Position numbers and translations under genes: made by a program
The notes under the pieces: generated by a model
Seen by the model: only the letters and a program-made list of their open reading frames with translations
Database searches by the model: none
What the model was told of the DNA's origin: nothing
Source: Candidatus Moraniibacteriota bacterium
Lineage (GTDB): Bacteria; Patescibacteriota; Minisyncoccia; Moranbacterales; DUUL01
DNA: 55,525 bases
Reading direction: 5' to 3'
Assembly (NCBI GenBank): GCA_041596615.1
Contig: JBFHIG010000008.1
Location: 1 to 55,525 of the forward strand
Part shown: positions 18,538 through 28,566 of the stretch, piece by piece
How positions within the stretch are numbered: position 1 is the first letter of the stretch
Layout of the letters: each line of letters starts with the position of its first letter

Positions 18538-19611
18538 GTGAAAAAAAATAACAAAAAAGTTGAAAAAATAAAGCTAATTGTTCAAGACATTAAGAAAGAA
18601 GAAGCTGAAGCAACGCTAAACAGGAACACAAAAAACGAGATTCTCTTCAAAAAGAAACGGTTTTCAAAATTATCTATTTTAGTTATAGCATTGATTTTAG
18701 TTGTTTTGTATATGGGAATTTGGCTCTTTGAGCAAAATAAATCCGACAATAAAAGAGCTTATGGTGAATCAAAAAAAACCCTTTTCTACTATACAGAAAG
18801 AATTATAAACACTCTCTCCTTAGTAAATTTTCTTCCCAAAAAAGAAGTAGGGACGGATGAAATTAATCTTGTTAACGCAAACAAAGAAAGCGATCTTGGC
18901 GAAATACTCGAAGAAACTTCCTCAATGAAAAAGAGCAAAAACAGTCTTTGGTGGCTTAATTCTGGTGGTTTTATGTATTTTAAGGAAGATGGGTTTAGCA
19001 CAAATATTGGAGCCCTCCCTGAAGATTCTAACTGGAGAAAATTATACGCCGAGAGCAATTCCCGAGACACAGACAACGGTTATTTTCCTCAAAATATTTT
19101 CCGGCTAGTAAGCAGGAATAAGTGGAAAAACTTTTCTCAATCAGTATACTTCAATATTGAAAAGGTTAATCTAAGCAAGAGTAAATATCGTAACGAATCT
19201 AATGGGGTTTTGCTTTTTAATCGCTACCAAGATGGTGATAATTTATATTACACTGGGCTACGAGTTGATGGCAACGTTATTGTCAAGAAAAAAATAGAAG
19301 GTGAATATTTTACTATACTTGAAAAAAATATTTTCAAGGAAAAAGGTAAATATGACAAAAACAACAACCCCAATCTTATCCCAGAAAATACCTGGCTCGG
19401 TATAAAAAGTGAACTAGAAAATACTAAGGACAATAAAGTTAGTATAAAAGTTTTAATCGATTTTGGAAATGGAAAATGGGATTCCGTTATTGAAACTGAG
19501 GATGAGGGAGATAAATATGGAAAGAGGCCTTTTTTAAATAGAGGATATGCTGGAATTAGAACGGACTTTATGGATGTAAAATTTAAAAACTACACTATAG
19601 AAAAAAAATAG
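18538..19611 (+). CDS. Membrane-anchored hypothetical protein, probable beta-sandwich/lectin-like fold
   Basis: One TM helix; RYQDGDNLYY and GYAGIRTD segments resemble the C-terminal domain of the upstream deacetylase; GTG start. Confidence 0.65.
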   Translation: MKKNNKKVEKIKLIVQDIKKEEAEATLNRNTKNEILFKKKRFSKLSILVIALILVVLYMGIWLFEQNKSDNKRAYGESKKTLFYYTERIINTLSLVNFLPKKEVGTDEINLVNANKESDLGEILEETSSMKKSKNSLWWLNSGGFMYFKEDGFSTNIGALPEDSNWRKLYAESNSRDTDNGYFPQNIFRLVSRNKWKNFSQSVYFNIEKVNLSKSKYRNESNGVLLFNRYQDGDNLYYTGLRVDGNVIVKKKIEGEYFTILEKNIFKEKGKYDKNNNPNLIPENTWLGIKSELENTKDNKVSIKVLIDFGNGKWDSVIETEDEGDKYGKRPFLNRGYAGIRTDFMDVKFKNYTIEKK

Positions 19612-19646
19612 CAACAAACTCCTAATTATTATCCAAGAAATAAAAT

Positions 19647-20435
19647 TTACTTTTTCAAAAAAATAAATACCCCACCTAAAATAACAAAAAAAGAATAAAG
19701 GAGCGGATAAAATAAAAAGGGTGCATCAAATGTTTCTGGCTGCACTCTTAAAAGATTGTTCAATAACCGAAAAAAAGAGAATCCCGTAGCGAAAACCAAG
19801 AAAGCAATCCCTGGCTTTGATTGTTTCTTAATTAACCAAAAAACAATCGCTGAGCCCAGCAAAGCTGCAAATAATTCGTAAAGCTGAGTTGGGTGCACAG
19901 CTATAGAACCACTTAAAAATCCCAAGGGATTATTCGCGATTTGATGAACGTGTGCTCTGCCAAAATCAGGAAAAGTAACACCCCATGGAAGTGTGGTTGG
20001 TCTACCAAAACAACAGCCATTCAAAAAACAACCAATTCTCATCAAAGCAATTCCAATTCCTAAAAAGGGTGTTAGGGCATCAGCAAATTTCCAAACGTCC
20101 ATTTTCATTGCCCTGCAAAAAATCCAACCAAAAGGAATTGCCAGAGAACTCCCAAAAATTGAAAAACCTTGCAATTTAATTGACCACAATCTTTGAGGGT
20201 TTTCAATATAGAAATGTATGTTTAAAAAAGCATTTAAAATCCTGGCCCCTATAACTCCAAATAGAATTATAACTCCGAGACATACCAGAACTTGCTTTCC
20301 AGGTAGCTTCATTTTTCTTGTTGCAAAGAAATAGCCACCAAACAAAAAAACTATAAGTGCTAACCAAAAAAATGTTGTGTAGGCACTTAAAAAAATCAAT
20401 TTCGAAAAAATATGCACTGAAAATTGTGAATGCAT
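19647..20435 (-). CDS. lgt: Prolipoprotein diacylglyceryl transferase family protein
   Basis: GAR, RIGCFLNGCCFG, HPTQLYE motifs; multi-TM. Confidence 0.8.
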   Translation of the reverse strand: MHSQFSVHIFSKLIFLSAYTTFFWLALIVFLFGGYFFATRKMKLPGKQVLVCLGVIILFGVIGARILNAFLNIHFYIENPQRLWSIKLQGFSIFGSSLAIPFGWIFCRAMKMDVWKFADALTPFLGIGIALMRIGCFLNGCCFGRPTTLPWGVTFPDFGRAHVHQIANNPLGFLSGSIAVHPTQLYELFAALLGSAIVFWLIKKQSKPGIAFLVFATGFSFFRLLNNLLRVQPETFDAPFLFYPLLYSFFVILGGVFIFLKK

Positions 20436-20461
20436 CTATTGAACTTTATCTTATTCTATTT

Positions 20462-22516
20462 CTATTTCCCTTTTTTCAAACTAACGGTTGCAGTAATTTT
20501 TGCCTTTCCCTCTTCATATGAAATATTTATTGCTCCATTCGCATCGTAGCCATTATCATTTTCTGTTATGGTCAACTCCATACTTCCCGTGGCCCCCTTC
20601 TCTGCAAAGGGCGCCGAGATTAAACCATTGTTATAAGTGAAATTAGAACTCTTTTTGTCCTCACTATCACTTCCTATTTTAATAGTCCCTGCGTTTTCGC
20701 CATTTGGATATATCGACATAGAGAAAGGGTTTGTTTGACCTATCAGCTCTTCAAGGTTCATACTAAAATCACATTCTCCTTCTTCAGAATTGCCCCCATC
20801 TGTTTTATTTTGAGATTGTTGTTTTAAATCTTCAGAAACATAAACATCAGTAATAGTTACAGTTCCTTCCCAATCACCTTTTAAGTTTTTGAGATCTGGA
20901 TAAGGATTAATTCCAAAATTACTTTGTAAATATTCTTTGTATTTTTCTTTTCCATCTGGTTTTGAAAAATAAATACTTGCTCCTAAGGCGATATTTTTTG
21001 ATGTTATTGCGCCTTCTTTAAGAGTCACATCTTTGTCTAAAACCTCATTTTTATTAGTATCCCTCATCATTTTTTTGGCAAAATGATTAAGCACTTCCAG
21101 TTTCTGTTCGAATTCCACATCTTTCCCCAACTCATCACGCTCAAACATTCCCTTTTCTTTAAAGGCTTTGACTAAAATTCTAAGTTGGTCTTCAGCTTTT
21201 TTAATCTCTTCATCTTTTTTTACTCTCTCCGCAAATTGTTTGCGATATTTTTCTTTCAATGAAGCGCGCATCAACTCTTCTTGCCTTTCTGTCAACTCTG
21301 GCATTCCAGCGTCTTCTCTGAACCCATTTTCTTTTTTAATCATCTCTAATTCAAGTTGACGACGTATTCCACGCATTTGAAGCCAAACCCCATCAAAGTC
21401 TCCCGGATCAACATTATACCCCCAAAAAACTCCATCAGCCCCTTTTTTATATGCTTCATAGGCCGCCTCTACCTCAGAATTTTTCCAGCTCTGAATCTGA
21501 TAATCCACCATTTCCACAGCAATTTTTCCAGCCGTAGTAATTAGAAATTTATCAGCGATTTGTTCGCCAATAATTTTTGCTGCTTCCTTGTATTGACCTT
21601 CTGCTGCATATCCAGCAGCTTGGCTAACTTTTGCGATATCATCTGCCGAGCCAGCAACATCTCCTAGCGCTTTAGAGAAAACTGATTCTGGAACATTTTC
21701 TGCAATTTTTTCACCAGCCAACAATGCAAGTTTTTGACTTGCATCAGCAGTGTTGCCTTTTTGATATTCGTTGTAAATATCTTTATAGCTATCAGAATTA
21801 AGTAATTCGCTCATAACTTTTCCTCTAGAACTCCCGTCTGTAATACCCATCTTAGCCATAATCATGTCCGTAATTTGACTGGCAACATTATCCACTTCAT
21901 TGTTTATCTGATCTCGCAACACACTATCTACTGCCTGTGAATGAATCCAATCCTCTGTTATTTTTGTCTCATCCTTAACTTTGACCGGACCAAGTAAACT
22001 AAAATGATATGTTTCAAAAGTTATTAACCCTTTTTCCTTATCAACTTGGGCTGGTTTAACATAGTCCCATTTCTCTCCATCGTAATAAGCAACTCTCACT
22101 TGATAAATTTCATCTCCTGTGGGAAGCTTATTTGAATCAAATTTGAAAATAACTGTGGCCTTTTCATTCATTCTCTTGTTTTCTCCGGCAGAAATATCAA
22201 TCGGCGAACCGAGGGGTTCCATTATATTTCCGTTATAATCTGGTACTTCTGTGGGATTAGCAAGAGATACTTCTGCATTCTCATCAAAAGAACCGCCCGA
22301 GACAACAAAAGAAATTTTATTATTTTCTAAGTCTCCCAAAATTAAATCGTCTTTGTCATTACTAACTCCTTTAATATTATCAGAAATCGTCTTCTCAAAA
22401 CTCCATTTAGTTTTTGCAACACTTTTGTCTTCTAGATTGTTTTTATCTTTTTTGCCACATCCAGAAAAAAATAAACATACGAAAAGAAGGCCTGCCAACG
22501 TGATGATTTTTTTCAT
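20462..22516 (-). CDS. Large lipoprotein with ZU5-like N-terminal domain
   Basis: Lipobox FFSG-C; VD...ITFETYHFS segment typical of ZU5-like folds; helical middle region. Confidence 0.65.
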   Translation of the reverse strand: MKKIITLAGLLFVCLFFSGCGKKDKNNLEDKSVAKTKWSFEKTISDNIKGVSNDKDDLILGDLENNKISFVVSGGSFDENAEVSLANPTEVPDYNGNIMEPLGSPIDISAGENKRMNEKATVIFKFDSNKLPTGDEIYQVRVAYYDGEKWDYVKPAQVDKEKGLITFETYHFSLLGPVKVKDETKITEDWIHSQAVDSVLRDQINNEVDNVASQITDMIMAKMGITDGSSRGKVMSELLNSDSYKDIYNEYQKGNTADASQKLALLAGEKIAENVPESVFSKALGDVAGSADDIAKVSQAAGYAAEGQYKEAAKIIGEQIADKFLITTAGKIAVEMVDYQIQSWKNSEVEAAYEAYKKGADGVFWGYNVDPGDFDGVWLQMRGIRRQLELEMIKKENGFREDAGMPELTERQEELMRASLKEKYRKQFAERVKKDEEIKKAEDQLRILVKAFKEKGMFERDELGKDVEFEQKLEVLNHFAKKMMRDTNKNEVLDKDVTLKEGAITSKNIALGASIYFSKPDGKEKYKEYLQSNFGINPYPDLKNLKGDWEGTVTITDVYVSEDLKQQSQNKTDGGNSEEGECDFSMNLEELIGQTNPFSMSIYPNGENAGTIKIGSDSEDKKSSNFTYNNGLISAPFAEKGATGSMELTITENDNGYDANGAINISYEEGKAKITATVSLKKGK

Positions 22517-22638
22517 AAATATTTTTTATTATTTTAGTTGAAAGTTCATACCTATAACTTATTTTAGCTTATTTTATAAATTTTTAAAAGAATACACTTC
22601 TTTCTTTTGCGAATAATCTTACTTTTTTATTTAATTCA

Positions 22639-22668
22639 AAAACACCGCCCTTATTTGAGCGGTGTTTT
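22639..22668 (-). terminator. Intrinsic terminator after peroxiredoxin
   Basis: AAAACACCGC/GCGGTGTTTT inverted repeat. Confidence 0.7.
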
Positions 22669-22691
22669 CACTAAAAGAACTTTATATAAAA

Positions 22692-23348
22692 CTAGCTATT
22701 TTTCTTAGTACAAAGATACCAATCATGACAAGTATATCTCTTATTAGACTCATTTTTAGCAGCATCCTTCATTGAGGTTGCTGGAGGAATAATCACATCG
22801 TCTCCAAAACGAGAATTATTTGGCCAAGATTCTGGCGTTGCGACTTTATCCTCATATGTTTTTTGTAGAGCCTTGACTAAGCGTAGAATTTCTTTAATAT
22901 CCCTTCCATTGCTAAGTGGATAATAAATCATCGCAGAGATTTTTCCATCAGGATTCACTACAAATACAGCACGTACAGCCACACTAGAATCGATTGTGTG
23001 AATCATTCCATATAGATGTGCTACTTGTGGACCAGCAATAATCGGGAATTTGATGTCAACATCAAAATTCTTCTTAATATTACGAACCCATTCAATGTGA
23101 GAATGAATCCCATCAACTGAATATCCTAGCAATTCTGTGTTGATTTTTAAAAATTCACTGTATAAATCTTGAAATCCTAAAAATTCAGTTGTACAAACTG
23201 GTGTAAAATCAGCTGGATGTGAAAAAAGCACTGTCCATTTTCCCTTAAAATCCCCTGGAAAAGATACTGTCCCGTGTGTTGTTTGCGCTTTAAAGTGTGG
23301 TGCATCCTCACCAATTAGCGGCATGCGGAAACCTTCTGTTACTTGCAT
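22692..23348 (-). CDS. Peroxiredoxin (Prx6 subfamily)
   Basis: FSHPADFTPVCTTE active site, GR..EILR, C-terminal DWYLC. Confidence 0.95.
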   Translation of the reverse strand: MQVTEGFRMPLIGEDAPHFKAQTTHGTVSFPGDFKGKWTVLFSHPADFTPVCTTEFLGFQDLYSEFLKINTELLGYSVDGIHSHIEWVRNIKKNFDVDIKFPIIAGPQVAHLYGMIHTIDSSVAVRAVFVVNPDGKISAMIYYPLSNGRDIKEILRLVKALQKTYEDKVATPESWPNNSRFGDDVIIPPATSMKDAAKNESNKRYTCHDWYLCTKKNS

Positions 23349-23371
23349 AAATTTTGTATTATTGTATTATT

Positions 23372-23394
23372 AATAATGATAATCATTATCATTA
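23372..23394. promoter_or_regulatory. Fur/PerR-family operator (Fur box)
   Basis: TAATGATAAT-C-ATTATCATTA perfect 10-1-10 palindrome; 18/19 match to GATAATGATAATCATTATC; lies between prx and a Fur-family gene. Confidence 0.85.
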
Positions 23395-23402
23395 CTATAC
23401 TC

Positions 23403-23432
23403 ATAATAACATGTTGTGTTAAAATATGTCAA
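23403..23432 (-). promoter_or_regulatory. Sigma70 promoter of peroxiredoxin
   Basis: Minus strand TTGACA-N18-TATTAT with TGn extension; Fur box immediately downstream. Confidence 0.6.
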
Positions 23433-23475
23433 TAAAGTAATGCACTGCTTTCTAACACTAGAATAATTGAAACTT

Positions 23476-23850
23476 ATGCGTCCTAAAATATACGACGAAG
23501 AAATTGTGAAAATTTGTAAATATAAACACTACACTGCAGCTAAAATTATCCAGCTGCTTCAAAGGAAACACCCTTCTGCTGGACAAGCAACGGTTTACAG
23601 AACACTAAATTTTTTGGTATCACAAGGATTGCTCAATAAGGTGAAGGGTCTTGGAACTTGCGAACACTACGAAGCCTCAATTGGAATTCATGGACATGCA
23701 ATAGACAATAAGACTGGTAAAGTCTATGACTTTGAACTTCCAAAAAATTTCCTCAAAAAACTAGCTCTTCCACCAGGATTCAACCCTTCTATTGCTGATA
23801 TTAAGGTTTATGGGGAAATAGAGTCAAAAAGAAAATATTACACAGAGTGA
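23476..23850 (+). CDS. Fur/PerR-family transcriptional regulator
   Basis: HYTA, ATVYRTL recognition helix, HGH metal site, VYG strand; lacks CxxC. Confidence 0.85.
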   Translation: MRPKIYDEEIVKICKYKHYTAAKIIQLLQRKHPSAGQATVYRTLNFLVSQGLLNKVKGLGTCEHYEASIGIHGHAIDNKTGKVYDFELPKNFLKKLALPPGFNPSIADIKVYGEIESKRKYYTE

Positions 23851-23931
23851 CCTACATCAAAAAAACTTAAAAAAATTTCAACAATTTAAAATGATTTTTG
23901 TGTGGCTTCCAAAAACAGAAAAATATTGATT

Positions 23932-23969
23932 AAAAAAGACCCTCGTATTTAATTACAAGGGTCTTTTTT
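23932..23969. terminator. Bidirectional terminator
   Basis: AAAAAAGACCCT/AGGGTCTTTTTT inverted repeat between convergent genes. Confidence 0.75.
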
Positions 23970-24066
23970 GGAAATAAAAAATTCAAATAACCAAACAATT
24001 GATGGCACAAATTTTTGATATATACAGATTGCATTTGAAGTAAAGGCAATTTATGACCTCTCACTT

Positions 24067-27000
24067 TTAACCTTGCGAAATATCAACCATTTTAACAGAA
24101 CCATCATATTCGTCCCGCATCATTTTATAATAAACCGTCGGGATAAAGAAGAGCATGATTATACCAGAAAAGCTTAGTCCGGCGATAATAGCTCCTCCAA
24201 GCCCCTGCCAAAGAGGATCACTGAGGGTGATAGGCGTTAACCCTACAATAGTAGTTAAAGAAGAAAGTAAAATTGGCTCTAGCCTACTGGATGCCCCTTC
24301 AACGACAGAGGCGTGAAAATTCATTCCTGATTTTCGATTTGCATTTATCTGTGAAATAATAATGATAGCGTTGTTAACAACAATTCCAAACAAGGCCAAA
24401 ACTCCAATTAGTGCTGGAAAAGAAAGTGTTATTCCAAAAATTCCAAACATTACAAACACCCCGCTAATCGCCAAAGGGATTGTCAAAAGAACGATTACTG
24501 CCTTGCGATAGGAATTTAATATAATTATCAAGGTAAGGAATATTAAAATTGCCGCCAACCCCATTCCTTGAATAATTGACGCCACTGAATCATTGTTTTG
24601 CTCATTAGCGCCACCACTTCTCCAATTATAACCAATAGGCAAAGACATCTGATTATCAACAATCTCACCAATTTGCTTATTAAGCTCCACAGCATTAGCT
24701 TCCCCTTTTATACTAGCAGTTAATGTAACAGTCCTTTCATAATCTTCCCTTTTAATCTCAGAAATATTTTCTTTAAGAACTATCTTACCCAAAGAATCAA
24801 GTGGAAATGTCTTACCATTATTTCCCGAGATCCGGACTTTTCCCAAATCCAAAAGAGATGCATCTTCATCATTAACTCTCAGAACTATATCCCTTTCTTG
24901 TTCGAGATCATCAAATTCAATATCTTCGGCCAAAACACTACCATTTGTTAACAGTCTAAGTTCATTGGAAATCTGAAAATTAGAAAGTCCCTCCTCACTC
25001 AATTGATAATCATCCGGCTTAAATACTATAGCTGCGGCTGCCGACTCAGGAGCAACATTCACGTTTTCTACTGGAAGATTTTTAATTCTTCCCTCTAGCT
25101 CTCGAGCTAAATCAGTAAGCGTCTCAATGTCATCGCCACTAAAAACGATTGTAACATCAGCTCCCGCGGGAGGGCCACCAGCCAATTCTAGGATTGAAAT
25201 TTTCCCTTGCGTATTATTTTTTACAACTTCCAAATTTCGTACATCCTCAGCCACGACACTAGAACCTCTTCCGCCATCATCTTTCAAAGGCGCCTTGATT
25301 GTAAAAAGTGCTTTATTTTCTCCCACGGAAGAAACTGTTCCATCCGCTCCTACCTCGTAGCCTATTTGCAAAGTGCCATATTCTATCCCATCGACACTAA
25401 CTATTTGAGGCAACATTTCCTTGGAAAATTTTTCAGTATCAGTAGCGTTTTTTCCCTCTGGAAGCTCTAATGAAATATAAAAATATTCGCTATCTGCTCC
25501 TGGGAAAAATTCATTTTTTACAAAGCCCCCAACCACTAAACTAACTGCAAAAACAAAAAACACAGTTACAATAGCAATGACTTTCCAGGACAAAGATCGT
25601 GATCGCAAAACATAATCTAGAGAATTGCGATATTTTTCCTGTAGGATACTAATGTTAACAATGCTTTTGCCTTCTTTTTTATTTAATCCTTCTTGCCCTT
25701 GTTTCCTTTTGCGAAAATTTTTATATAAAATTATTCCTGAATAAATGATTGTCATAGACAAAATCGCCCCAAAAATTGCCAAAATGGGTGACAATTTTAG
25801 AAATTTCCAAATCACAACAATAATTACTATAAAAGATAATCCGATAAAAAATAAACTTACTCTTTTAGGAATATTGAAATCAAAAACCCAAATCATAAAA
25901 GGCAAAATTACAAAAAACCCTACAAAAACAGAGGCTCCCAAAACCGCACTCACCACAATCGGAAGAGGTTTAATATATTCACCGATAATTCCTCCTGCCA
26001 TAAGTAATGGAACAAAAGCCCAAACTGTAGTCAAGGTTGTAGCAATTAAGGTAACGAAAAAATCTCTAAAGACCAACATGCCAGTTGTGTGCGCATCAAA
26101 AGAACCTTCTTTTTTATAGGTTGTCATAGCGCTAATTATAACAATGGTCACATCCACCAAAAGCCCTAGGGACAACATTAATGCAAATAAAGATAAAAAA
26201 TTTACACTAATATCTGTCATTTTCATTGCAACAAAAGCAATTGCATAAATAAGAGGAATTGACATTGAAGCTATAAGTGCCTGTCTTTGACCAACAAACA
26301 ATGTCAACGTCACAAAAACAAGCATTATCGTAACTGAAAGATTTCTCATCAAATCATTAAACTGTTTGATTAAGTCATTGTTGACATTGGCTATTTCATA
26401 AAGAGTAATTTGGCCTTCGCTTTCTTTAATAAACTTACCAACAATATCCTGAGAAGCCTTAGCAGTTTCAGATAGATCCACCCCACTGGCGCCATATACA
26501 TTTAAGGTGATGCTCTTTCTTATATCCTGCTTGTCGCCAATATAAGCTGGGACATTGCCAGGCACAGGCTTCTCAGCAATCACTGCAATCTCACCCAATG
26601 CCATTACTCTTCCATCCAAATCAATTGGTAGCTGACGCAAATCATCTACTTTTTGAATAGAGGTATCAAGAGAGAGAGATCTTTCAATTCCCTCTCCCCC
26701 CACCGTGCCACTAGGTAAAGTTGCCAAAGCAGATTTTATAGCATTTCTAATAACATCTATTTGCAAATTCAAAGCGTTTATTTGCTCTGGGATTACAAGA
26801 ATTTGAACCTCACGTTTAGATTGACCGGCACTCTCAACTCGATCAATTGTTTGATTGGACTCCAACTCATCAATTAATTTTTGCATCTGGGCACTTAATG
26901 ATGTATCGCTATCACTTTTGCTGGTAAAGGCCCATTGAACAATAGGATAATCCTCAAAATCAACCGCTTCAGATTTTGGATCAGTAGCATCTTCAGGCAA

Positions 27001-27396
27001 ATCCCCCACGGAGTTAAGTGCAGATTCCACATCAGAAAGGGCTTTGTTTTTATCCACTCCCCTATCAAATGTCATCACAATAGAAGTAAATCCATCACTG
27101 GCCCTGGATTCAATTTTGTCGATACCATCAACGCCTTTTAGCTCGTTTTCAATAGGAATAGTTAAAAGTGTTTCGACGTCTTCTGGCGTTGCGCCTGGAA
27201 GTGCAGCGCTAGCCACAATCATGGTTAATTTTATTTCTGGAGCTACAGTTTGAGGAGTAGTTAGATAAGCTGCTAACCCCGAAACAACAAGAGCCACTAT
27301 CAAAAGAGAAACAATTCTCATGTTCTTTAGATAGGACTGAATCCCCTTGGGAATATCATTTTTACTCCAAATAATGTTTTTTAAATACTCATTCAT
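24067..27396 (-). CDS. RND efflux transporter permease (AcrB/SwrC-like)
   Basis: 1109 aa; PGATPEDVE, GLLVD, GIVVNNAI, RLEPILLSSLTT motifs; two large extracytoplasmic loops. Confidence 0.92.
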   Translation of the reverse strand: MNEYLKNIIWSKNDIPKGIQSYLKNMRIVSLLIVALVVSGLAAYLTTPQTVAPEIKLTMIVASAALPGATPEDVETLLTIPIENELKGVDGIDKIESRASDGFTSIVMTFDRGVDKNKALSDVESALNSVGDLPEDATDPKSEAVDFEDYPIVQWAFTSKSDSDTSLSAQMQKLIDELESNQTIDRVESAGQSKREVQILVIPEQINALNLQIDVIRNAIKSALATLPSGTVGGEGIERSLSLDTSIQKVDDLRQLPIDLDGRVMALGEIAVIAEKPVPGNVPAYIGDKQDIRKSITLNVYGASGVDLSETAKASQDIVGKFIKESEGQITLYEIANVNNDLIKQFNDLMRNLSVTIMLVFVTLTLFVGQRQALIASMSIPLIYAIAFVAMKMTDISVNFLSLFALMLSLGLLVDVTIVIISAMTTYKKEGSFDAHTTGMLVFRDFFVTLIATTLTTVWAFVPLLMAGGIIGEYIKPLPIVVSAVLGASVFVGFFVILPFMIWVFDFNIPKRVSLFFIGLSFIVIIVVIWKFLKLSPILAIFGAILSMTIIYSGIILYKNFRKRKQGQEGLNKKEGKSIVNISILQEKYRNSLDYVLRSRSLSWKVIAIVTVFFVFAVSLVVGGFVKNEFFPGADSEYFYISLELPEGKNATDTEKFSKEMLPQIVSVDGIEYGTLQIGYEVGADGTVSSVGENKALFTIKAPLKDDGGRGSSVVAEDVRNLEVVKNNTQGKISILELAGGPPAGADVTIVFSGDDIETLTDLARELEGRIKNLPVENVNVAPESAAAAIVFKPDDYQLSEEGLSNFQISNELRLLTNGSVLAEDIEFDDLEQERDIVLRVNDEDASLLDLGKVRISGNNGKTFPLDSLGKIVLKENISEIKREDYERTVTLTASIKGEANAVELNKQIGEIVDNQMSLPIGYNWRSGGANEQNNDSVASIIQGMGLAAILIFLTLIIILNSYRKAVIVLLTIPLAISGVFVMFGIFGITLSFPALIGVLALFGIVVNNAIIIISQINANRKSGMNFHASVVEGASSRLEPILLSSLTTIVGLTPITLSDPLWQGLGGAIIAGLSFSGIIMLFFIPTVYYKMMRDEYDGSVKMVDISQG

Positions 27397-27435
27397 AAAA
27401 ATTGATTTAAAGTTTTTTCAATCTCCCTTGCCCAA

Positions 27436-28566
27436 CTAGTTAGAATCCTCCCAAACGGAAACTTTTTGACCATCCGTTATTGAGCGATCCATAATTATCA
27501 ACTCATCCCTACTAAGCCCTTCCACAACTAAAACCTGTGAACCAATTAATGATCCTAATGAAACTTTTTTTACAACAGCACGGTCATTTTCCAAAACGTA
27601 TATTTCCGAACTATCATCACCATAGTGAATTGCATCAATAGGAACAAAAATTCCCTCTTCGGCTTTAATGGGCAACTCAACCTCAACAAAAGAGCCTTCT
27701 TTAAAACTTTCTTGATCTTTTTCTTGAGACTCCAAGGCAACAGCATACGATTGAGCTCCGATTCCACTTTGAGCAATATAAATTATTTCCAAAGGAATCC
27801 TTGTCCCATTTTCAATTTTTGCAAAAAATTCTCCCTCCACATCAATATTAGCAGCTCTTTCTTCACCAACATAAGCAACTAGACGCACTTCTTTAGAGTC
27901 CTGAGATTTTAACAATGCCACCGTTTGTCCAGAAAAAACGTTATCTCCTTTACGTACCAATGCCTCTTGAATAACTCCGCTAAAAGGAGCCACTGTTTTA
28001 TAAAGAGCCGTGGCGGCATAAGCTTGATTTTTCTGCAATTGAGCATTCTCATATCCAAATTCTGCGGCTCTTTTTTGTAATGTAATTTGTTTTTTCTCAA
28101 TTCTAGCCTCCTCATCCCCTGTTCTTCTTACTTCATCACGCTGATAATCCAAGATGTCATCCTGGATCTCCAGAACATCTTTTTGATATTGAGTATTTCT
28201 AGCGCTTACCGCTGCTGCTGCTGCTGCCTGAGAAGATCCACTATAAGTATCAGAAATTTTCATTACTTCCCCACCTCGAGCAACTTTATTACCTTCTTCA
28301 AGCATTCGCGTTACAATTCCATTAGCAGTGGCAACCAAGGTTAATGTATCAGCACGATCTACTTTAGCCTCTACTACAGCTGAGTATTTCTCTGCTTGAG
28401 GATTGTATAAGATAACCTGCTTAACACTTTCTTGCTCATTAAGATTATTTTCACCAGATTGGGCACGCAATTTATTTCCCATAAAAATAACCCCAAATAA
28501 AAGCACCAGACTAAGCGCAAAAGTAATCAGTGGAAAACGGACAATATATTTTAGAATTCTTTTCAT
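27436..28566 (-). CDS. RND membrane fusion (adaptor) protein
   Basis: N-terminal TM, lipoyl half-motifs (APFSGVI), coiled hairpin, VPIDA and V.EGL motifs; adjacent to RND gene. Confidence 0.85.
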   Translation of the reverse strand: MKRILKYIVRFPLITFALSLVLLFGVIFMGNKLRAQSGENNLNEQESVKQVILYNPQAEKYSAVVEAKVDRADTLTLVATANGIVTRMLEEGNKVARGGEVMKISDTYSGSSQAAAAAAVSARNTQYQKDVLEIQDDILDYQRDEVRRTGDEEARIEKKQITLQKRAAEFGYENAQLQKNQAYAATALYKTVAPFSGVIQEALVRKGDNVFSGQTVALLKSQDSKEVRLVAYVGEERAANIDVEGEFFAKIENGTRIPLEIIYIAQSGIGAQSYAVALESQEKDQESFKEGSFVEVELPIKAEEGIFVPIDAIHYGDDSSEIYVLENDRAVVKKVSLGSLIGSQVLVVEGLSRDELIIMDRSITDGQKVSVWEDSN

